Shown: positions 25,222 through 27,621 of the stretch, piece by piece
Numbering within the stretch: position 1 is the stretch's first letter
How the letters are laid out: every line of letters begins with the position of its first letter
Virus record (IMG/VR): IMGVR_UViG_3300022930_000027
Coordinates: 1-27,621 of that record
Length of the DNA stretch: 27,621 nucleotides
Direction: 5' to 3' (one strand)
Origin: a virus
Lineage: Duplodnaviria; Caudoviricetes
Made by a program: the position numbers and the translations under genes
Notes under the pieces: generated by a model
Database searches by the model: none
Told to the model about the DNA's origin: nothing
What the model saw: only the letters and a program-made list of their open reading frames with translations

Positions 25222-26817
25222 CTACATACTCAAAGCCCTAACGCCCAATGATTTTTTCTTGTTGATAAACGCTAGGTATTCGGTAGCAAAGTTGTGGGTA
25301 ATTAGATAGCGCTTGCAATCTGAAGCGTGACCAAATTCTTGGTATGTAACTTTAGTAACTGGATGTTTTTTAGTGCTTTTATGAATAGATCCATCAGAAG
25401 CCTCTAGCGTGTACTGGTAATCATAAACTGATTTCTTACATTTGGTGCCATTAATGCCAATCGTAATACCTGAAGTGCTATTGCCTGAATAAATATCATT
25501 GATGAAGTTACCTGATTGAACAACTGATGGGTTGACTGATTGTATCTTAAGATTAGGCCTATAATCCTTAAGCTCACGCATAATATCTGTAAAATAGTTC
25601 TCGCCTTTTTCTTTTTTAGTATCTTCTTTTATTGATGTACGATCACCACCGACGAATAGACCTGCTACATCGTGTATTGGATATCGGTTCATGAATTCTT
25701 TTGCAGCATAAACAACCCTATTCTTAGGATCCTCCATAAAGATCTCGTCTATTTGCTGAGCATGTTTGCCTTTAATCTGCCAAATGGTCCAAGGTAGATA
25801 AGGATTAACATTCTCATCACACGATAACCAAATTGGTAATGACTTATCCCATCCCATATTATTCACGTGTGTTTCCGCTTTGAAGTTTTTCCAGAACTCG
25901 CCACCTGTACGAAGCTTACCCCACTCACCTAACGCATAAATGCGATAATACTCAAAATCATTTATACGGTCATTCTCAAAATCATCAATAGTATGCTGAT
26001 CTACGAAGCCGCCAATCTGAATTAATTTTCCATTAGCATCAACAGCTAACCCTCCATCAATGCTTTTCTTCCATTTACCTACGATGAAAATATTATCTAG
26101 GTAATTTGTTTTTAATATGATTAAATTACCTTTTTCATTAACTTGATATCCAGAAATATCACTTTCAATATCAATCAACACTTCTTTATCGAATACCTCT
26201 TTTTTAATCCAGTGCTCTTCAGAAATTGGATTGAAAATACCAATAATTTGTTGACCTTCTCGACCACGAAGACGTTTACGGATTTGTTTTAGGTCAGCTT
26301 GTTCAAATTGACTTATTTCTTCTAAAACAACACGTTTGAATTTTGTTATACCTTTAATTTTTTCACTATCATCAAGCCCACGAAAGCGCACGTAAGAACC
26401 GGTAAGTTTACATTGAATAAAATTTTGTTGAATTATGAAATGCTTTCTTAAGCCCCAATCGTCTATTATGGAAGTAAAATCACTATATATACTATCCTTG
26501 ATATCTACAGCATATTTACGAAGTACTAGTGCATTTTCGTTCTTTCCTTCAAGCATCTTTATAATTAGAAGCTGAACAACACTATAGGTCTTAGAGGCAG
26601 ATGAACCACCATAACACCATATAAAACGAATTAAAGTATTGTTGAATGCTTTCCTTAAATGCCAATAAACATTATTAAATAAATTAGGATTAAAATCAAA
26701 ATCCTTAATTATAACGTCTTTGTCTTTAACAACAATAGGCTTAGGTTCATTGGAACGGATGGAGGTAGTTTTTCTCCTTATCTTTTTACTCGTCAGGATC
26801 TCTGTCACCATATCCAA
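25222..26817 (-). CDS. terL: Terminase large subunit (PBSX family)
   Basis: Walker A YGGSSASKT, FRGLDDSEKIKG, Walker B VVLEE, FNP and IYALGEWG; nuclease acidic residues (SCDENVNP, GHASD). The start may be 26811. Confidence 0.95.
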   Translation of the reverse strand: MDMVTEILTSKKIRRKTTSIRSNEPKPIVVKDKDVIIKDFDFNPNLFNNVYWHLRKAFNNTLIRFIWCYGGSSASKTYSVVQLLIIKMLEGKNENALVLRKYAVDIKDSIYSDFTSIIDDWGLRKHFIIQQNFIQCKLTGSYVRFRGLDDSEKIKGITKFKRVVLEEISQFEQADLKQIRKRLRGREGQQIIGIFNPISEEHWIKKEVFDKEVLIDIESDISGYQVNEKGNLIILKTNYLDNIFIVGKWKKSIDGGLAVDANGKLIQIGGFVDQHTIDDFENDRINDFEYYRIYALGEWGKLRTGGEFWKNFKAETHVNNMGWDKSLPIWLSCDENVNPYLPWTIWQIKGKHAQQIDEIFMEDPKNRVVYAAKEFMNRYPIHDVAGLFVGGDRTSIKEDTKKEKGENYFTDIMRELKDYRPNLKIQSVNPSVVQSGNFINDIYSGNSTSGITIGINGTKCKKSVYDYQYTLEASDGSIHKSTKKHPVTKVTYQEFGHASDCKRYLITHNFATEYLAFINKKKSLGVRALSM

Positions 26818-27502
26818 TTCTTGTTACGGTTTCGACGTTAACATTTACATCAAGTTCTTTATCAGATGTAAGCTTTCGGATTTTAGCAAGTCTATCCAAA
26901 GCAGTGTCAGCAGAATACATTTCAACCTGTACACCATCTTTAGTATGCTTAAAAGATTTTATCTTACCTTTTTCTTTATCCTCCGCAAGTTTTACCAAGT
27001 CTAACTCAACTTGTTCAACCATAACTGTTTCACCATCAATAATACGGTATGCGTTTGGATGGGCTTCAAGTTCGATTTCCATTCTGATTATTTGCGAACG
27101 GGTATGATTAAGATTTTCTTGAAAATCATCAAACGCCTTGTCTGTATATCCTATACGAGCGCAAAATTCTTCCTCTCTAGATATATATTCTTTTTGGCTT
27201 TGTATTACTTCTTTTAAGCCGACCTTAATCTGAGGAGTGAATGGAACTTGTCTTTTAATGAAATAGTCCGTTAGATTTGATCTAGCAATGTCAGTCGTCC
27301 TTTTAACCACTTCTGAGGATTGCATTGATGCTTCATCCATAAATTCATTGATCTTTTCAATAATTTCAGGTTTCCTCAGGTTTTCCCATCCAATTGAGTA
27401 TGCAGTATTAAAACTATAACCTGATCTTATTGCTGCAGCTGTAGCATTAGAATCTATACAGTACTCTTGGCAAAACCTAATTTGTTTATTAGTTAGTGCC
27501 AT
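26786..27502 (-). CDS. terS: Terminase small subunit
   Basis: LTNKQIRFCQEYCIDSNATAAAIRSGYS..TAYSIGWENLRKPEI is the Terminase_2-type N-terminal signature. Confidence 0.92.
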   Translation of the reverse strand: MALTNKQIRFCQEYCIDSNATAAAIRSGYSFNTAYSIGWENLRKPEIIEKINEFMDEASMQSSEVVKRTTDIARSNLTDYFIKRQVPFTPQIKVGLKEVIQSQKEYISREEEFCARIGYTDKAFDDFQENLNHTRSQIIRMEIELEAHPNAYRIIDGETVMVEQVELDLVKLAEDKEKGKIKSFKHTKDGVQVEMYSADTALDRLAKIRKLTSDKELDVNVNVETVTRIGYGDRDPDE

Positions 27503-27505
27503 ATC

Positions 27506-27621
27506 CTAAAACATTTTTATTTGTGTGTCACTTGGATTGATTGAGTGGGGCAGGAAACGTTCGACCAGTATCATTACCTTGGTTTTGAATGGGCGCTCTG
27601 GAGTTCCCTTGGTTGTGGCTT
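27506..27621 (-). CDS. 3' end of an upstream gene (partial)
   Basis: Open frame ...ATTKGTPERPFKTKVMILVERFLPHSINPSDTQIKMF, stop TAG 3 nt before terS. Confidence 0.45.
   Translation of the reverse strand, partial: ATTKGTPERPFKTKVMILVERFLPHSINPSDTQIKMF

Overview
Virion-morphogenesis half of a siphovirus-type (pro)phage infecting Bacteroidota. The host is inferred from TAnnTTTG promoter boxes, a CTAA-N5-TTAG SOS-type box and a captured Bacteroidota-type nucleoid protein. Structural genes run on the minus strand: small and large (PBSX-type) terminase, SPP1-like portal, scaffold, decoration protein, major capsid, neck and tail-completion genes, major tail protein with an Ig/PKD-like domain, tail chaperone with a -1 frame extension, a 1977-aa tape measure and a tail-tip protein cut by the window edge. 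Accessory DNA interrupts this operon three times (after TerL, ~8.8 kb after the portal, and a hicB-hicA-like cassette before the tape measure), and each restart has the same promoter-like architecture (TAAG, exactly 32 nt, TAnnTTTG-like box). The large insert holds an SOS-boxed SRAP operon with three similar mini-proteins, a chimeric NdpA-like gene, two hydrophobic mini-peptides missing from the ORF track, an ASCH protein, a mini-kinase with a possible pseudo-peptidase, and an initiator-type tRNA-Met between two densely structured non-coding domains, the best candidate for something undescribed. All family assignments come from recognising motifs by eye; no database searches were run.
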